Positions 1 through 13,257 of a DNA stretch of 64,000 nucleotides are shown here, piece after piece (the first letter of the stretch is position 1; each line of letters starts with the position of its first letter). Source of the DNA: Scyliorhinus canicula (taxonomy: Eukaryota); the NCBI RefSeq assembly GCF_902713615.1, contig NC_052154.1, positions 92,139,030-92,203,029 of the forward strand. Reading direction: 5' to 3'. The position numbers were made by a program, and so were the translations under genes. A model generated the notes under the pieces. The model did not search any database, was not told the origin of the DNA, and was given only the letters and a program-made list of their open reading frames with translations.

Positions 1-1723
1 ATCTCTTCCCTGGCTTCCCAGAGAATCCTAGGATAAATCCCATCCGGCCCCGGGGACTTATCTATTTTCACCTTGTGCAGAATTGCCAACACTTCTTCCC
101 TACGCACCTCAATGCCATCTATTCTAATAGCCTGGGTCTCAGCATTCTCCTCCACAATATTATCTTTTTCTTGAGTGAATACTGACGAAAAGTATTCATT
201 TAGTAAATCGCTTATCTCCTCAGCCTCCACACACAACTTCCCACCACTGTCCTTGACTGGCCCTACTCTTACCCTAGTCATTCTTTTATTCCTGACATAC
301 CTATAGAAAGCTTTTGGGTTTTCCTTGATCCTACCTGCCAAAGACTTCTCATGTCCCCTCCTTGCTCGTCTCAGCTCTCTCTTTAGATCCTTCCTCGCTT
401 CCTTGTAACTATCAAGCGCCCCAATTGAAACTTCATGCTTCATCTTCACATAGGCCTCCTTCTTCCTCTTAACAAGAGATTCCACTTCTTTGGTAAACCA
501 CGGTTCCCTCGCTCGACCCCTTCCTCCCTGCCTGACTGGTATGTACTTATCAAGAACATGCAATAGCTGTTCCTTGAACAAGCTCCACATATCCAGTGTG
601 CCCAACCCTTGCAGTCTACTTCTCCAACCAACACATCCTAAGTCATGTCTAATGGCATCATAATTGCCCTTCCCCCAGCTATAACTCTTGCCCTGCGGGG
701 TATACTTATCCCTTTCCATCACTAACGTAAAGGTCACCGAATTGTGGTCACTGTTCCCAAAGTGCTCACCTACCTCCAGATCTAACACCTGGCCTGGTTC
801 ATTACCCAAAACCAAATCCAATGTGGCCTCGCCTCTTGTTGGCCTGTCAACATATTGTGTCAGGAAACCCTCCTGCACACATTGTACAAAGAACGACCCA
901 TCTAATGTACTCGAACTATACCTTTTCCAGTCAATATTTGGAAAGTTAAAGTCTCCCATAACAACTACCCTGTTACTTTCGCTCTTTTCCAGAATCATCT
1001 TCGCCATCCTTTCCTCTACGTCCAAAGATGTGCGGGTTAGGTGGATTGGCCATGCTAAATTGCCCGTAGTGTAAGGTTAATGGGGGGATTGTTGGGTTAT
1101 GGGTATACGGGTTACGTGGGTTTAAGTGGGGTGATCATTGTTCGGCACAACATCGAGGGCCGAAGGGCCTGTTCTGTGCTGTACTGTTCTATGTTCTATG
1201 TTCTATCCCTAGAACTATTAGGTGGCCTATAGAAAACTCCCAACAGGGTGACCTCTCCTTTCCTGTTTCTAACCTCAGCCCATACTACCTCAGAAGAAGA
1301 GTCCCCATCTAGCATCCTTTCCGCCACCGTAATACTGTCCTTGACTAGCAGCGCCACACCTCCCCCTCTTTTGCCCCCTTCTCTGAGCTTACGAAAACAC
1401 CTAAACCCCGGAACCTGCAACAACCATTCCTGTCCCTGCTCTATCCATGTCTCTGAAATGGCCACAACGTCGAAGTCCCAGGTACCCACCCATGCTGCCA
1501 GTTCCCCTACCTTATTTCGTATACTCCTGGCATTGAAGTAGACACACTTCAAACCACCTACCTGAACACTGGCACCCTCCTGCAAAGTCAAATCTGTGCT
1601 CCTGACCTCTATACTCTCAATCTCCCGTACCCCAAAACTACAATCCAGGTTCCCATGCCCCTGCTGAATTAGTTTAAACCCCCCCAAAGAGCACTAACAA
1701 ATCTCCCCCCCAGATTAAGTTAC
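1..1723 (-). mobile_element. CR1-clade LINE fragment (end of ORF1, ORF2 endonuclease and linker), interrupted by a SINE
   Basis: The minus frame gives the APE-endonuclease motifs YFNARSIRNK, AISETW and GVFYRPPNSSRD. These continue after the SINE as VEERMAK...VVMGDFN, and a KSPGPDG linker motif lies near position 40-60. Confidence 0.92.
1020..1204 (+). mobile_element. 5'-truncated tRNA-derived SINE (HE1-like) with CR1-type tail
   Basis: SINE body (tccaaagatgtgcgggttaggtggattggcc) plus tail gggccgaagggcctgttctgtgctgtactgttctatgttct. Removing it restores the CR1 ORF2 frame. Confidence 0.88.
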
Positions 1724-2100
1724 AATTAACTGTGTGGTTCCTGGCGCTAGATTTCTACTATAAAATTAAATACTAAATACTAATCTCTGCCCTCAGGTTT
1801 AGTTACTCCTCTGCCGAGTTAAGTAATTAGTTTTAATTAGTTTTTGCAATGAGTTTTTTTCTCAAATGTAACACAGATTCCCCACCAACCAATCAGGTCA
1901 CCGCTATGCTGTGACGTCACTTCTCAGTTTTGTTCCCCCCACAATTTGAAAACACAGAGGGACACAGACACAAATACCACTTACCTTCTCAGACTGCACT
2001 CCGGATATCTCCTGCTCAGCTCTGCTCCCGATATGAAGAAAGAGGCCGTTCGTCACCGACCCCTTGAAAGACCACGCTCGGCCCTATCCCCAGCCCTTTT
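1724..2100 (-). mobile_element. Probable 5' UTR of the adjacent CR1 (ORF1 largely deleted)
   Basis: Directly abuts the ORF1 3' end at 1723 and is non-coding, with a TGACGTCA motif and a minus-strand AAG|GTAAGT donor. The assignment is an inference. Confidence 0.4.
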
Positions 2101-2122
2101 TCCTCAACCAAAGGTGCAATAT

Positions 2123-2222
2123 AGCTTGACCAATCCACCTAATTTCCACATCTTTGGACTCTAGAAGAAAACCGGAGCACCCGGAGGAAATACATAAAGA
2201 CACGGGAGACAGTGCAGACTCC
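2123..2222 (-). mobile_element. SINE fragment
   Basis: ccaatccacctaa...catctttggac...accggagcacccggaggaaa matches the other SINE bodies in the window. Confidence 0.75.
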
Positions 2223-2335
2223 ACATTGCTAACCAGTGCTCCACCAGTGCCGCCCCTAACCATTCGCCTCATCTGTTGAACAATTGTAAAATGAACAACC
2301 TGCCAGGTGGAATGCAGCACAAGATTCGGGGTTCA

Positions 2336-2553
2336 GGGCAGCACGGTGGGCAGTAGTTTGCACTGCTGCCTCACTGCGCCGAGGTCCCAGGTGCGATCCC
2401 TGTCCTAAGTCACTCTCCCTGTGGAGTTTGCACATTCTCCCCGTGTTTGTGTGGGTTTCGCCGCCACAACACAAAGATGTGCAGGTGGTTTGGCCAAGTT
2501 AAATTGCCCCTTAATTGGAAACAATGAATTGGGTACTCTAAATTAAACAAAAA
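2336..2553 (+). mobile_element. tRNA-derived SINE, A-rich-tail subtype
   Basis: Head gggcagcacggtgg..., shared body, and tail ttaattggaaacaatgaattgggtactctaaattaaacaaaaa. Confidence 0.85.
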
Positions 2554-2554
2554 T

Positions 2555-2740
2555 GGGGTTCAGTTAGTTCAGTTGGCTGGACGGGGCTGGTTCATGATGT
2601 AGAGGGGCTCCAACACCATGGGTTGAATTGGCGTATCGGCTGAGATTATAATTGAAATCTTCTCAAAATTGCTCCTCACTTGAGGTGTCGTGACCCCCAG
2701 TTTACATCACCATAAACCAGCTAAATCTCAAAAGTGGAGA
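2555..2740 (+). mobile_element. Degenerate tRNA-derived SINE of a different family
   Basis: A-box-like ttagttcagttgg and B-box-like ggttgaattgg, followed by a non-tRNA body. Confidence 0.45.
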
Positions 2741-2779
2741 GTAATAGTGGTCTTTCAGGTATATGGCGACATCCAATTT

Positions 2780-3115
2780 CATGACAAGATTCGCCCTTAC
2801 GACTTCCACCCTCTCCATATGTATTAACTGTCCAAGACGGAGAAGAATGTTCAGTAACACCGAGCCTTACTTATGACATTTCCTGCACAATAAATATTGA
2901 TCAAATGTTTGGGCGAATTCCTACATGCAGTGTTGAGTATGTTTCGCATCTACATGGTGAAGGATTCCTTCACATTTGTGAGGGAAGTACAGGACTTCAA
3001 TAGCAAGAGCGATGCCATGTTCATGTGTTCTTTTGACATTGCTAGCCAAATCACCACACGGTCGCTCAGATACGTCATAGAAGTGTGTGCTGGAGCACTA
3101 CATCAAAAGGCATAA
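2780..3115 (+). mobile_element. Penelope-like element reverse transcriptase relic
   Basis: Degenerate frame MY*LSKTEK...VKDSFTFV...FMCSFDIAS resembles the PLE RT motifs (YGLPKxHK, VKDSF, SFDVxSLFT). It contains in-frame stops. Confidence 0.65.
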
Positions 3116-3119
3116 AATG

Positions 3120-3780
3120 GAGGAGTTTAAGTAGGCATTTGGCCAATCGAGTCTGCTCCGTTATGTATTGATATCATGACTGATCTGATATGACAATGCG
3201 CTGCTCCACTGCCCTAAATATCCACAAATCCCCTGATTCCATAACTGATTAAAAATATGTCTACCTCAGACTTCAGCATACTTAACCAGCCATCGTCTAT
3301 TGCCCTCTGGGAAAAAGTATTCCACAGATTCCCACCCGATGAAAAAAACAATCCTCGCAATCTCTGCCATAAATCGGCAATGCCTTAATCTGAGATTACC
3401 CCTTCTGGTCCTAGAGTCTCCCACAAGGGGACACAAGATCTCTTTCAAGACTTCTGTGAATCACATTTGTCTCAATATGTGCGCCTCTCATTCTTCCCAA
3501 CTCCAACGAGTACAGGTCCAACCTATTCAGCCTGACCTCAGAAGAAAATCCCTACATATCAGGGAACGATCGAACAAACATTGTCTGGACTGTCTCCAAT
3601 GTCAATATATTTTCTGATAAAAGGAGACCAAAGCTGTCACAGTATTCTAGATGTGACTTCATATTACCTGTTGAGTTTGCATGCTTGGTTGCGGCACGTT
3701 TTACACAAGGAGAACCCTCAAATCTCTCTGTGCTGCAACTTTCTGTGATCTACTTCCACCGTGAATATGCGAATCAACAT
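3120..3780 (-). mobile_element. Old CR1 3' fragment
   Basis: Degenerate match to the CR1 3' ends elsewhere in the window (ttccacagattc, aaggagaccaaa, gtaggcatttggccaatcgagtctgctcc). Confidence 0.7.
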
Positions 3781-3867
3781 TAATTAGAATTCTGAATTAT
3801 GGAAAGCGTGCAACTGCATCATTTTTCTTTCATTGCTTTTAATCAAAATAAATTCAGTGTTCCCAAT

Positions 3868-4055
3868 TCATTTTTTTTCAATTAAGGGGTAAATTGACAT
3901 GGCCAATGCACCGATCCTGCACATCTTTGGGTTGTGGGGGCGAAACCCGCGCAAACACAGGGTGAATATGCAAACTCCACACCAACAGTGACCCAGAGCT
4001 GTGACCGAACCTGGGACCTCAGCGCTGTGAGGCAGCAATACTGTGCCACCATGCT
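3868..4055 (-). mobile_element. tRNA-derived SINE, A-rich-tail subtype
   Basis: tttttttcaattaagggg...catctttgggttgtggggg...acctgggacctcagcgctgtgaggcag. Confidence 0.85.
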
Positions 4056-5184
4056 GGATCTCATTCAGAAAATTAGGGGGCATGGGATACAGGGAAATTT
4101 CGTTGACTGGATACAGAATTGGTTGGCTGAAAGAAGAAAGCGAGTGATAGTGGATAGAAAGTATTATGCCTGCAGGTCGGTGAAAGCGGTGTCCCGCAGG
4201 GATCTGCTCTGGGACCTTTGTGTCTCTTTGTGGCTTTTATAAATGACTTGGATGAGGAAGTAGAATGGTGAGTTGGTACGTTTTCCAATGACACGACGGT
4301 TGGTGGTGTTGTAGATAGAGTCGTGGCCTGTTGCAGGTTACAACAGGGCATTGACAGGATGCAGAGTCGGGCTGAGAAGTGGCAGATGGAGTTCAACCGA
4401 GATAAATGTGACGTTATTCATTCTGGACTGTCGGATTTGAATGCTGAATACAGGGTTAAAGGCAGGATTCTTGGAAGTGTGGAGGAACAGAGGGATCTTG
4501 TGAGTCCACGTACATTGATCCCTCAAATTTGCCACTCAGGTTGATAGGGTTGTTGAGAAGGCGTAATGTGTGTTGGCTTTCATAAACAGGGGGATGGAGT
4601 TTTAGAGTCGTGGGTCTTTGCTGCACCTTTATAAAACCCTGGTTAGACCACACTTGGAATATTGTATCCAGTTCTGGTGACCTCATTATAGGAAGGATGT
4701 GGATACTTTGGAGAGGGTGCCCAGTTACCAGGATGTTGCCTGGACTGGAGGGCATGTATTATGAAGAAAGGGTGAGCGAGCTAGAGCTTTTCTCATTGGA
4801 GCGAAGAAGGAAGAGAGGTGACTGGATAGAGGTGCACAAGGTGATGAGAGGCATGGATAGAGTGGATAGCCAGAGACTTTTCCCCAGGGCGGAAATGGCT
4901 GTCACGAGGGGACATAATTTTAAGGTGATAGGAGGAAGGCATAGGGGAGATGTCAGAGGTAGGTTCTTTACACAGAGAGTGATGGGTGCGTGGAATGCAC
5001 TGCCAGCGAATGTGGTGGTGTCAGAGTCATTAAGGACATTTAAGCGACTCTTGGACAGGCATATGGACAGCAATACATTGAAAGGGTATAGGTTAGGTTG
5101 AAGTTAGATGAGGATAAATTATGGGCACAACATCGTGGGCCAACGGGCTTGTACTGTGCTCTACTGCGCTATGTTCTATGTTCT
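4056..5184 (+). mobile_element. 5'-truncated CR1 LINE (RT C-terminal part) with (TTCTATG)n tail
   Basis: Fragments KIRGHGIQG...WIQNWL, WAEKWQMEFN and LFSLERRR.RGD...RGRFFTQRV, ending in gctatgttctatgttcta. Confidence 0.9.
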
Positions 5185-6010
5185 AAATAGACTAACTGAG
5201 TGGGCAACGATATGGTAAATTGTACATAATATGTGGAAATGTGAAAATTGTCCATTTTGGCAGGAAGAATTGAACAAAGACAAGCGAATTAACTAAAGAG
5301 TGAGACCTTGAAGAGCCAAGTGGTGTAGAAGGATCCGGGTGCCCTACTGCATGAACAGGAATATGAATATTCTGGAACAGCAAGTAATTGAGAAATTGTA
5401 CAGAATGGTTAATTTATTGCGAGGGGAAATTGACCCCAAAGTAGGAGACTATGCTTAGTTTGTACAGGGTAAGACCGCATTTGTGGTACTGTGTGCAGGG
5501 TATTAATCACCATGTTTAAGGAAGGATGTAAATTATTTGGAAACACTATGGTTTATGTACACCAGAATGTGTAAAGTTTGGACAGACTAGGCTTGTATGC
5601 GCTGGAGTGTATAAGAGTAAGTCACGACTGTATTGAAACATACACGATCCTGAGGGATCTAGACAAATGTGGAAAGGATATTTCCTCTTGTGGGAAAACC
5701 CATTAATACCTAATGCCTGTTAATGCATATTTATAAAAACACCGGTACGTATTTTCAACGGATATTAGGCGATTTATTTTCACTGATACTTTGTGGAGAC
5801 TCTGGAACTCTCTTCCTGAAAAGATGGTGGAAGACAAATCTTCGAAATTCTGAAGTTAGATGTGGATAGATTCTTGGTCAGTAAGGGGGTGAAAGGGCAT
5901 CGGAGATACACATGATGCAGATTTGAGGTTAATGTCAGATGAACCATGATTTTGTTAAATGGCCCAGCAGAGTGTAAGGGGCTTAATGATTTTCTCCTGC
6001 ATCTTGTGAT
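5185..6010 (+). mobile_element. Older, highly diverged CR1 3' fragment
   Basis: Degenerate RLxEWA/KCExxHFGRKN-like coding sequence and a CR1-like 3' UTR. Confidence 0.65.
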
Positions 6011-6107
6011 TCGGCTTTTGATTAGTGAATTTAACCGTGCATGTGTGTTCGGCGTAAGTTAATGGTTACTTTTGATATATATGATTGTGCGACAAAAGAC
6101 TCACAGG

Positions 6108-6400
6108 TCGGCACGGTGGCACAGTGGTCAACACTGCTGCCTCTCAGCACCAGTGGCCCGCGTTCACTTCCGACGTCTTTCTCCCTCTGTCTGCGTGGGT
6201 TTCCTCCGGGTGCTACGATTTCCTCCCACAGTCCAACTATATGCAGGTTAGGTGATCAGCCATGCCAATATTACCCAAAATATTTGTTGGTGTTACGGGG
6301 ATCGGAGCGGGGGGCCTGGTCTAGGTAGGGTGCTCTATCGGAGCAAGGGCCGTTGCGGACTCGATGGGCCGAATGGCACTGTAGGCATTATATGTTCTGT
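6108..6400 (+). mobile_element. tRNA-derived SINE
   Basis: ggcacggtggcacagtggtcaacactgctgcctctcagc head, shared body, and a degenerate CR1-type tail. Confidence 0.8.
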
Positions 6401-6807
6401 GCATGTAAATCGCAGAACGTCAGCCCATTAACACACCCACCTTGTTTAGTTTTTTTGATCCTACGTTGACTGTAAGTAGCGAAGGACGATGAGGTTCAAC
6501 TTGGTCAATGATGCCCACAAATCATCCAGAGCTTCTCGGTGTATATTTCGTCCTATTAAGTTTATTTTCCAACGTTGTATTATCTACACGGGAAACTGTG
6601 GAGTTTGCGAAAGGACAAGCAACAATGACATACTGCAATGTTTGCAACATTGCTTTAATTAGTTCTAAATTTAAAGCTTTGTCAATTTCTGCAGCAAATC
6701 ATTTTTCCGGGTCTGTTGGTAAGTATTGTGCACTGTTGCTGTAGGAAGGCATGAGTATATCACCAAACAAAATGAACTAATTTCTGAAAGTTGAGAAACG
6801 GATGTTA

Positions 6808-6823
6808 AACGTCACCCGTGACG
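6808..6823 (+). promoter_or_regulatory. Paired CRE half-sites upstream of the gene 1 leader exon
   Basis: CGTCA (6810-6814) and TGACG (6819-6823), about 100 bp upstream of the ATG at 6916. Confidence 0.35.
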
Positions 6824-6915
6824 CCTCTCATATTAAAAGGAAAAGTAGATTCGTTTCACAAATCGGGGAACGTTCATCACATTCAGCAAAGGCGTGCTGA
6901 TATAGGTTGTTCACA

Positions 6916-6970
6916 ATGTGGGAATTGAAGCTGGTTCTGTGCTTCGCAATCTTGGGAATGGCTTGCGCAG
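6916..6970 (+). CDS. IgSF gene 1 exon 1: signal peptide MWELKLVLCFAILGMACA
   Basis: ATG plus 18 mostly hydrophobic codons ending in ACA, with a phase-1 donor CAG|GTAACT. The length (55 nt) equals that of the gene 2 leader. Confidence 0.85.
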
Positions 6971-7163
6971 GTAACTGTTCATTTATTTTCTCCCCGATCT
7001 CATTCAGCATAAACTTAGAAGATGTTTTGTTGACCAATATGAACATATAGTTACTTTGATCTTTATTGCCCATACCCGTCGCCAAACCCCAAAGTCGCAC
7101 CAACCCGCTTCCACACACCCCTCTGGAATTCACCTTACGAATTTTGTTTTATTGCTTCCGCAG

Positions 7164-7475
7164 ATACTTCAACAGAAGTGATTCAATTACCTAAAAGTTT
7201 GAATGCAGTCAAAGGTGCAAACGTCACTTTTCATTGTTCAATAGGCTTACCTCGAGACGACTCGAAAGTCACCTTCAATTGGTGGAGAGAGGATGACAAT
7301 ACATACCTGAGTACCGCCACTGATCACCGAAAGCTTTTCGGCTCCAAAAGCAAATTCTCCGGCTTTATTCAGATAAGCAATGTACGCTTCCAGGATGCTG
7401 GGATATATTACTGCGCTGTCCAACAACATGGATACACAATTGGAAGCCAGGTTGGATCTAATTTAACTGTATGGG
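7164..7475 (+). CDS. IgSF gene 1 exon 2: single-exon VJ-type V domain
   Basis: Acceptor ttccgcag| and donor TGGG|GTGAGT, both phase 1. Canonical V motifs VTFHC, FNWW and IQISNVRFQDAGIYYC, with a J-like end VGSNLTVW. Confidence 0.93.
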
Positions 7476-8415
7476 GTGAGTATCGAGATACTGCGGAATG
7501 TACTTTGTTGTCAAATATTAAATATACCAAAAATCAGAGAATAACTGCAATTATTCGATCAAATTGTTTTACCCAATAGGACATTGGAAGATTTCAGACG
7601 TTAACAATGGAAAGCGGTTCACATTTCACTTACACATATATCCAATTTCCTTAAAAGGTCAAAAACAAATACAAAAACGAAGTAGTCCAGTGTGTTAGAA
7701 ATATTTTGAAAAGCAGTAAATGCTGCAATTAGTTATCAGATCTAGCAGCCTCTGCCGAGATAGGATCAGGGTTCGGAGTTTCTCGAAACTGCAAACAAAA
7801 TAGCAGCTGGATTATGATCGGATATTGCGTGCAAGGTTTCGTATTACAGTTAGAAATCCAAAATTCATATTTTCAAATCGGAGCTACAGGAACTTATATG
7901 GCCAGCGATCCGGTAACAAATAAGTCCGACAACTCAATATCTGGAGCTTGCAATAATACATTGAGTTTTTTAGTTGTATACAACTACTGAGATTGCTACA
8001 AACATCGATAGCGATTATGATGTAATTTGTGGCCTTGGGATATTGGCGGACGTTGCTATATCTATTAGAGTGACAAACATGCTTAAAAGGAAATTCCATT
8101 GAAACGGTCTCGGCAACTGGAAATTCCCACGATCTGCAATATTGTCAGAAACTAGATCACTTGCGTTGGCCGATATGCAATTCAAGTTTCAAATTCGTAT
8201 TATTGTGCTCTTCTCGTCCGCTCCACATATGTGGTTCTCTTTTTTTATTTTTGAGTCGTTAGGATTCGCAGGAATATGATGTTATCCACACTGGCACGGA
8301 AAACGTATTTCGTGATCATAATGACTCGATAATAATCGTTCCTAAACCGTTAAACTCTAAAGCTCTGATGAGACATTACAGTGTTTCTGTTCTTGTTTTA
8401 TGTTCTGTTTTATAG

Positions 8416-8721
8416 TACCTCCAACGGCAGTAAAAATTCGCCCCAGAGAATCTCCAAGGGGTTCATCATTGTCCCTTGTGTGTGAAGCGTCTGCATTTTA
8501 CCCAGATATTATTGCATTCGAATGGTATAAAGATGGTATCGACATTTCAACCAAGATGTCTGTCGAGAAACAGCGAAACTCAGACGGATTGTACCAAGCT
8601 CGCAGTTTTTGGGAAGAAAAACAAGCTGCTGCGAGTGGAAGTGTTTATAGTTGTCTGGTGTCTCATATCACATTGGAAGATCCATTAGCTGTTACGCATG
8701 TCATCACATATTCTAACGCAG
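8416..8721 (+). CDS. IgSF gene 1 exon 3: C1-set domain
   Basis: Acceptor ttttatag| and donor CAG|GTACAG, both phase 1. C1 motifs LVCEASAFYP, WYKDG, DGLYQARS and YSCLVSH..LEDP. Confidence 0.93.
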
Positions 8722-9428
8722 GTACAGATCTGACCACACAACTGAGATAGTCAACCGGCATTAATATTTTACCAGGCAGAAAGGACACCACTTAATTCAT
8801 GACAAAATACTATGTACGGTAATTATTGGCCAAAGTAAATGCAGATAAATAAGACAGTAATTGTTGTCACCTATCTAAATGGTCTTCATTTATATGGTTA
8901 CATCAATTAAATATAATCTAGTTGGATATTACGATGGTTAGCGTTGATGTAGGGAGCAATTATAGCACCTACGGAACGACGGAAGAGACACATTGAACAG
9001 GAAGCACGCGCTTAATGATCTTTTCAACTGACTGCAATCTCTTCGCCATAAACTGATCACCACAGTTTAAGAAGGATGCTAATGTCCTAATGTTGTTGCT
9101 CAGTGATCGATAGAATAATGTAAGGACGGAAGATTTGAGTTACAAACAGAGATTGGGGGGCACAACTGCTATTTCCCCCCTTTCAATGGATCAGCTGAAT
9201 GTATGGTTAGGTTGAGGCTTCAAATCATAGAATGTCTTGATAAGTGACGCTTAATTATATGCCGTGACAGATGAAATGGTATTCATAAAATACCGATGCA
9301 AAGTAATTGATAAATGAACCAGGGGCGACGCGAGGGGCGGAGGGTGGCGGTGGCCGGGAGTGGGGAGTGGGGTGGCGTTGCCCCGGCTATGGACCAGGAC
9401 GTTCTGACTGAAATGGTGATCGGAGATA

Positions 9429-12400
9429 ATAAGAACATAAGAACTAGGAGCAGGAGTAGGCCATCTGGCCCCTCGAGCCTGCTCCGCCATTCAATGAGAT
9501 CATGGCTGATCTTTTGTGGACTCAGCACCACTTTCCGGCCCGAACACCATAACTCTTAATCCCTTTATTCTTCAAAAAACTATCAATCTTTACCTTAAAA
9601 ACATGTTATGAAGGAGCCTCAACTGCTGCCCTGGGAAAGGAATTCCATAGATTCACAACCCTTTGGGTGAAGAAGTTCCTCCTAAACGCAGTCCTAAATC
9701 TACTTCCCCTTATTTCGAGGCTATGTCCCCTAGTTCTGCTTTCACCCGCCAGTGGAAACAACCTGCCCGCATCTATTCTATCTATTCCCTTCATAATTTT
9801 AAATGTTTCTATAAGATCCCCCCTCACCCTTCTAAATTCCAACGAGTACAGTCCCAGTCTACTCAACCTCTCCTCATAATCCAACCCCTTCATCTCTGGG
9901 ATTAACCTAGTGAATCTCCTCTGCACACCCTCCAGTGCCAATATGTCCTTTCTCAAGTAAGGAGACCAAAACTGAACACAATACGCCAGGTGTGGCCTCA
10001 CTTACACCTTATGAAATTGCAACATAACCTCCCTAATCTTAAACTCCATCCCTCTAGCAATGAAGGACAAAATTCGATTTGCCTTCTTAATCACCTGTTG
10101 CACCTGTAACCCAACTTTCTGTGACTCATGCACTAGCACACCCAGGTCTCTCTGCACAGCGGCATGCTTTAATATTTTATCATTTAAATAATAATCCCGT
10201 TTGCTGTTATTCCTACCAAAATGGATAAACTCACATTTGTCAACATTGTATTCCATCTGCCAGACCCTAGCCCATTCACTTAACCTATCCAAATTCCCCT
10301 GCAGACTTCTGGTATCCTCTGCACTTTTCGCTTTACCACTCATCTTAGTGTCATCTGCAAACTTGGACACATTGCCCTTGGTCCCCAACTCCAAATCATC
10401 TATGTAAATTGCGAACAATTGTGGGCCCAACACGGATCCCTGAGGGACACCACTAGCTACTGATTGCCAACCAGAGAAACACCCATTAATCCCAACTCTT
10501 TGCTTTCTATTAATTAACCAATCCTCTATCCATGCTAACTACTTTACCCTTAATGCCATGCATCTTTATCTTATGCAGCAACCTTTTGTGTGGCACCTTG
10601 TCAAAGGCTTTCTGGAAATCCAGATATACCACATCCATCGGCTCCCCGTTATCTACTGCACTGGTAATGTCCTCATAAAATTCCACTAAATTAGCTAGGC
10701 ACGACCTGCCCTTTATGAACCCATGCTACGTCTTCCCAATGGGACAATTTCTATCCAGATGCCTCGCTATTTCTTCCTTGATGATAGATTCCAGTATCTT
10801 CCCTACTACCGAAGTTAAGCTCACTGGCCTATAATTTCCTGCTCTCTGCCTACCTCCTTTTTTAAACAGTGGTGTCACGTTTGCTCATTTCCAATCCATC
10901 GGGACCATCCCAGAGTCTAGTGGATTTTGGTAAATCATCTTTAGTGCATCTGCCATTTCCCTAGCCATTTATTTTAGCTGTCTGGGATGCATTCCATCAG
11001 GGCCAGGTGACTTGTCTATCATTAGCCCCATTAGCTTGCCCATCAATACCTCGTCAGTGATAACAATCCTCTCAAGGTCCTCACCTGTCATGGCCCCATT
11101 TCTATCAGTCGCTGGCCTTTTATTTGTGTCTTCCACTGTGAAGACCGACCCAAATAACATGTTCAGTACCTCAGCCATTTCCTTATCTCCCATTATTAAA
11201 ACTCCCTTCTCATCCTCTAAAGGACCAATATTTACCTTAGCCACTCTTTTTTGTTTTATATATTTGTAAAAGCTTTTACCGTCTGTTTTTATATTCTGAG
11301 AAAGTTTACTCTCACATTCGTACTCTTCTTTATAGCTTTTTTAGTAGCTTTCTGTTGCCCCCTAAATAATTCCCAGTCCTCTAGTATCCCACCAATCTTT
11401 GCCACTTCATATGCTTTTTCCTTAAATTTTATACTCTCCCTTATTTCCTTAGATACCCACGGTCGATTTTTCCTCTTTCTACCGTCCTTCCTTTTTGTTG
11501 GTATAAAACTTTGCTGAGCACTGTGAAAAATTGCTTGGAAGGTTCTCCACTGTTCCTCAACTGTTCCACCATAAAGTCTTTGCTCCCAGTCTACCTTAGC
11601 TAGTTCTTCTCTCATCCCATTGTAATCTCCTTTGTTTAAACACAATACACTAGTATTTGATTTTACTTTCTCACCCTCCATCTGTATTTTAAATTCCACC
11701 ATATTGTGATCGCTCCTTCTGAGAGGATCCCTAACTATGAGATCATGAATCAATCTGGTCTCATTACACAGGACAAGATCTAGGACCGCTTTCTCCCTTG
11801 TCGGTTCCATTACATACTGTTCTAGGAAACTATCGAGGATACATTCTATAAACTCCTCCTCAAGGTTGCCTTGACTGACCTGGTTAAACCAATCGACATG
11901 TAGATTAAAATCCCCCATTTCTACATGCATCAGTTATTTCTTTGTTTATTGCCTGCCCCACCATAACGTTACTATTTGGTGGCCGATAGACTACTCCTAT
12001 CAGTGACTTTTTCGCCTTACTATTCCTGATTTCCACCCAAATGGATTCAACCTTATCCTCCATAGCACCGATGTCATCCCTTACTATTGCCCGGATGTCA
12101 TCCTTAAATAACAGAGCAACACCACCTCCTTTACCGTCCACTCTGTCCTTCCAAATAGTTTGATACCCTCGGTTACTGAACTCCCAGTCGTGACCTTTAA
12201 CCATGTTTCAGTAATGGCCACTAAATCATAGTCATTCACGATGATTTGTGCCATCAACTCATTTACTTTAGTCCAAATACTACGAGCATTCAGGTAAAGT
12301 ACACTTATGTTGGTTTTTGTACCTCTGTTTTGAATCTTAACATCTCCAGTTTTATTCCTTTTAGTATTACCGGGCCTATTCACTGAGCGTCCCTCAGTCA

Positions 12401-12958
12401 CTGTACCTTGTACTGTTGCACTTTTTGATTTTTGACTATGTCTTCTCTGTCTTGCACTTTTCCCCTTACTTCCTTTTGTTTCTGTTCCTGTTTTACTACC
12501 TGCCAACTTCCTGCATCGGTTCCCATCCCCCTGCCACATTAGTTTAAACCCTCCACAACAGCTCTAGAAACCCCCCCCCCCCCCCCCCCCAGGACATCAG
12601 TTCCAGTCCTGCCCAGGTGCAGGCCGTCCGGTTTGTACTGGTCCCACCTCCCCCAGAACCGGTCCCAATGCCCCAGGAATTTGAATCCCTCCCTCTTGCA
12701 CCATCTCTCGAGCCACGCATTCATCCTATCTATCCTGACATTCCTACTCTGACTAGCTCGTGGCACTGGTAGCAATCCTGAGATTATTACCTTTGAGGTC
12801 CTACTTTTTAGTTTACCTCCTAACTCCCTGAATTCCGCTTGTAGGGCCTCATCCCGTTTTTCACCTATATTGTTGGTGCCTATGTGCACCACGACAGCTG
12901 GCTGTTCACCACCCCCCCCCTCCCAGAATGTCGTTCAGCCGCTCCGAGACATCCTTGA
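9429..12958 (-). mobile_element. 5'-truncated CR1 LINE in the C1-TM intron of gene 1 (ORF1 SGNH esterase part and frameshifted ORF2)
   Basis: ORF1 VHIGTNNIG...DGLHL (12539-12892). ORF2 fragments NARS, YRPP, GDFN, SDH, KSPGPDG and FADD. Tail (TTCTTATG)n at 9429. Confidence 0.95.
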
Positions 12959-13147
12959 TGTTTATAGTCTGACTCTAAAATTATCAGTATCGATTAAATA
13001 AAACTGGAGATAGCAAATTCGTTCAACTTCGATATTAAATGTGCAGTTATCAATAGCACTATTGATATTGCAAATTACGTGTGACAATTTGCGAGCGGAC
13101 AATATTCTTCACAATGGGTGATATTATCTTTACTATTGATTTTGCAG

Positions 13148-13257
13148 GCAGTCAAAGCTTCCGCCTTCTGATGATTTTTGGATGTATAGGGTGTGGTCTG
13201 ATATGCCTATTGTTTACTGTCCTAATTTGGAAGCGGCACCAATTGAAAGATTTGTAA
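13148..13257 (+). CDS. IgSF gene 1 exon 4: transmembrane segment and 8-aa cytoplasmic tail
   Basis: Phase-1 acceptor gattttgcag|. Translates GSQSFRLLMIFGCIGCGLICLLFTVLIWKRHQLKDL*. The spliced CDS totals 783 nt (260 aa plus stop), and AATAAA lies at 13521-13526. Confidence 0.8.

Noticed and set aside
6508-6744. ORF with hydrophobic start and a strong phase-1 donor (TTG|GTAAGT at 6718/6719) as the gene 1 leader, or a 24-nt mini-exon at 6695-6718
   Set aside because: 6916-6970 is a much better signal peptide, nearer the V exon and the same length as the gene 2 leader. The upstream donor could at most mark an alternative 5' exon.
7164-7520. Rearranging V segments with RSS (Ig or TCR locus)
   Set aside because: Each V exon already includes the J-like strand and ends in a GT donor. 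No heptamer/nonamer or separate D or J segments were seen.
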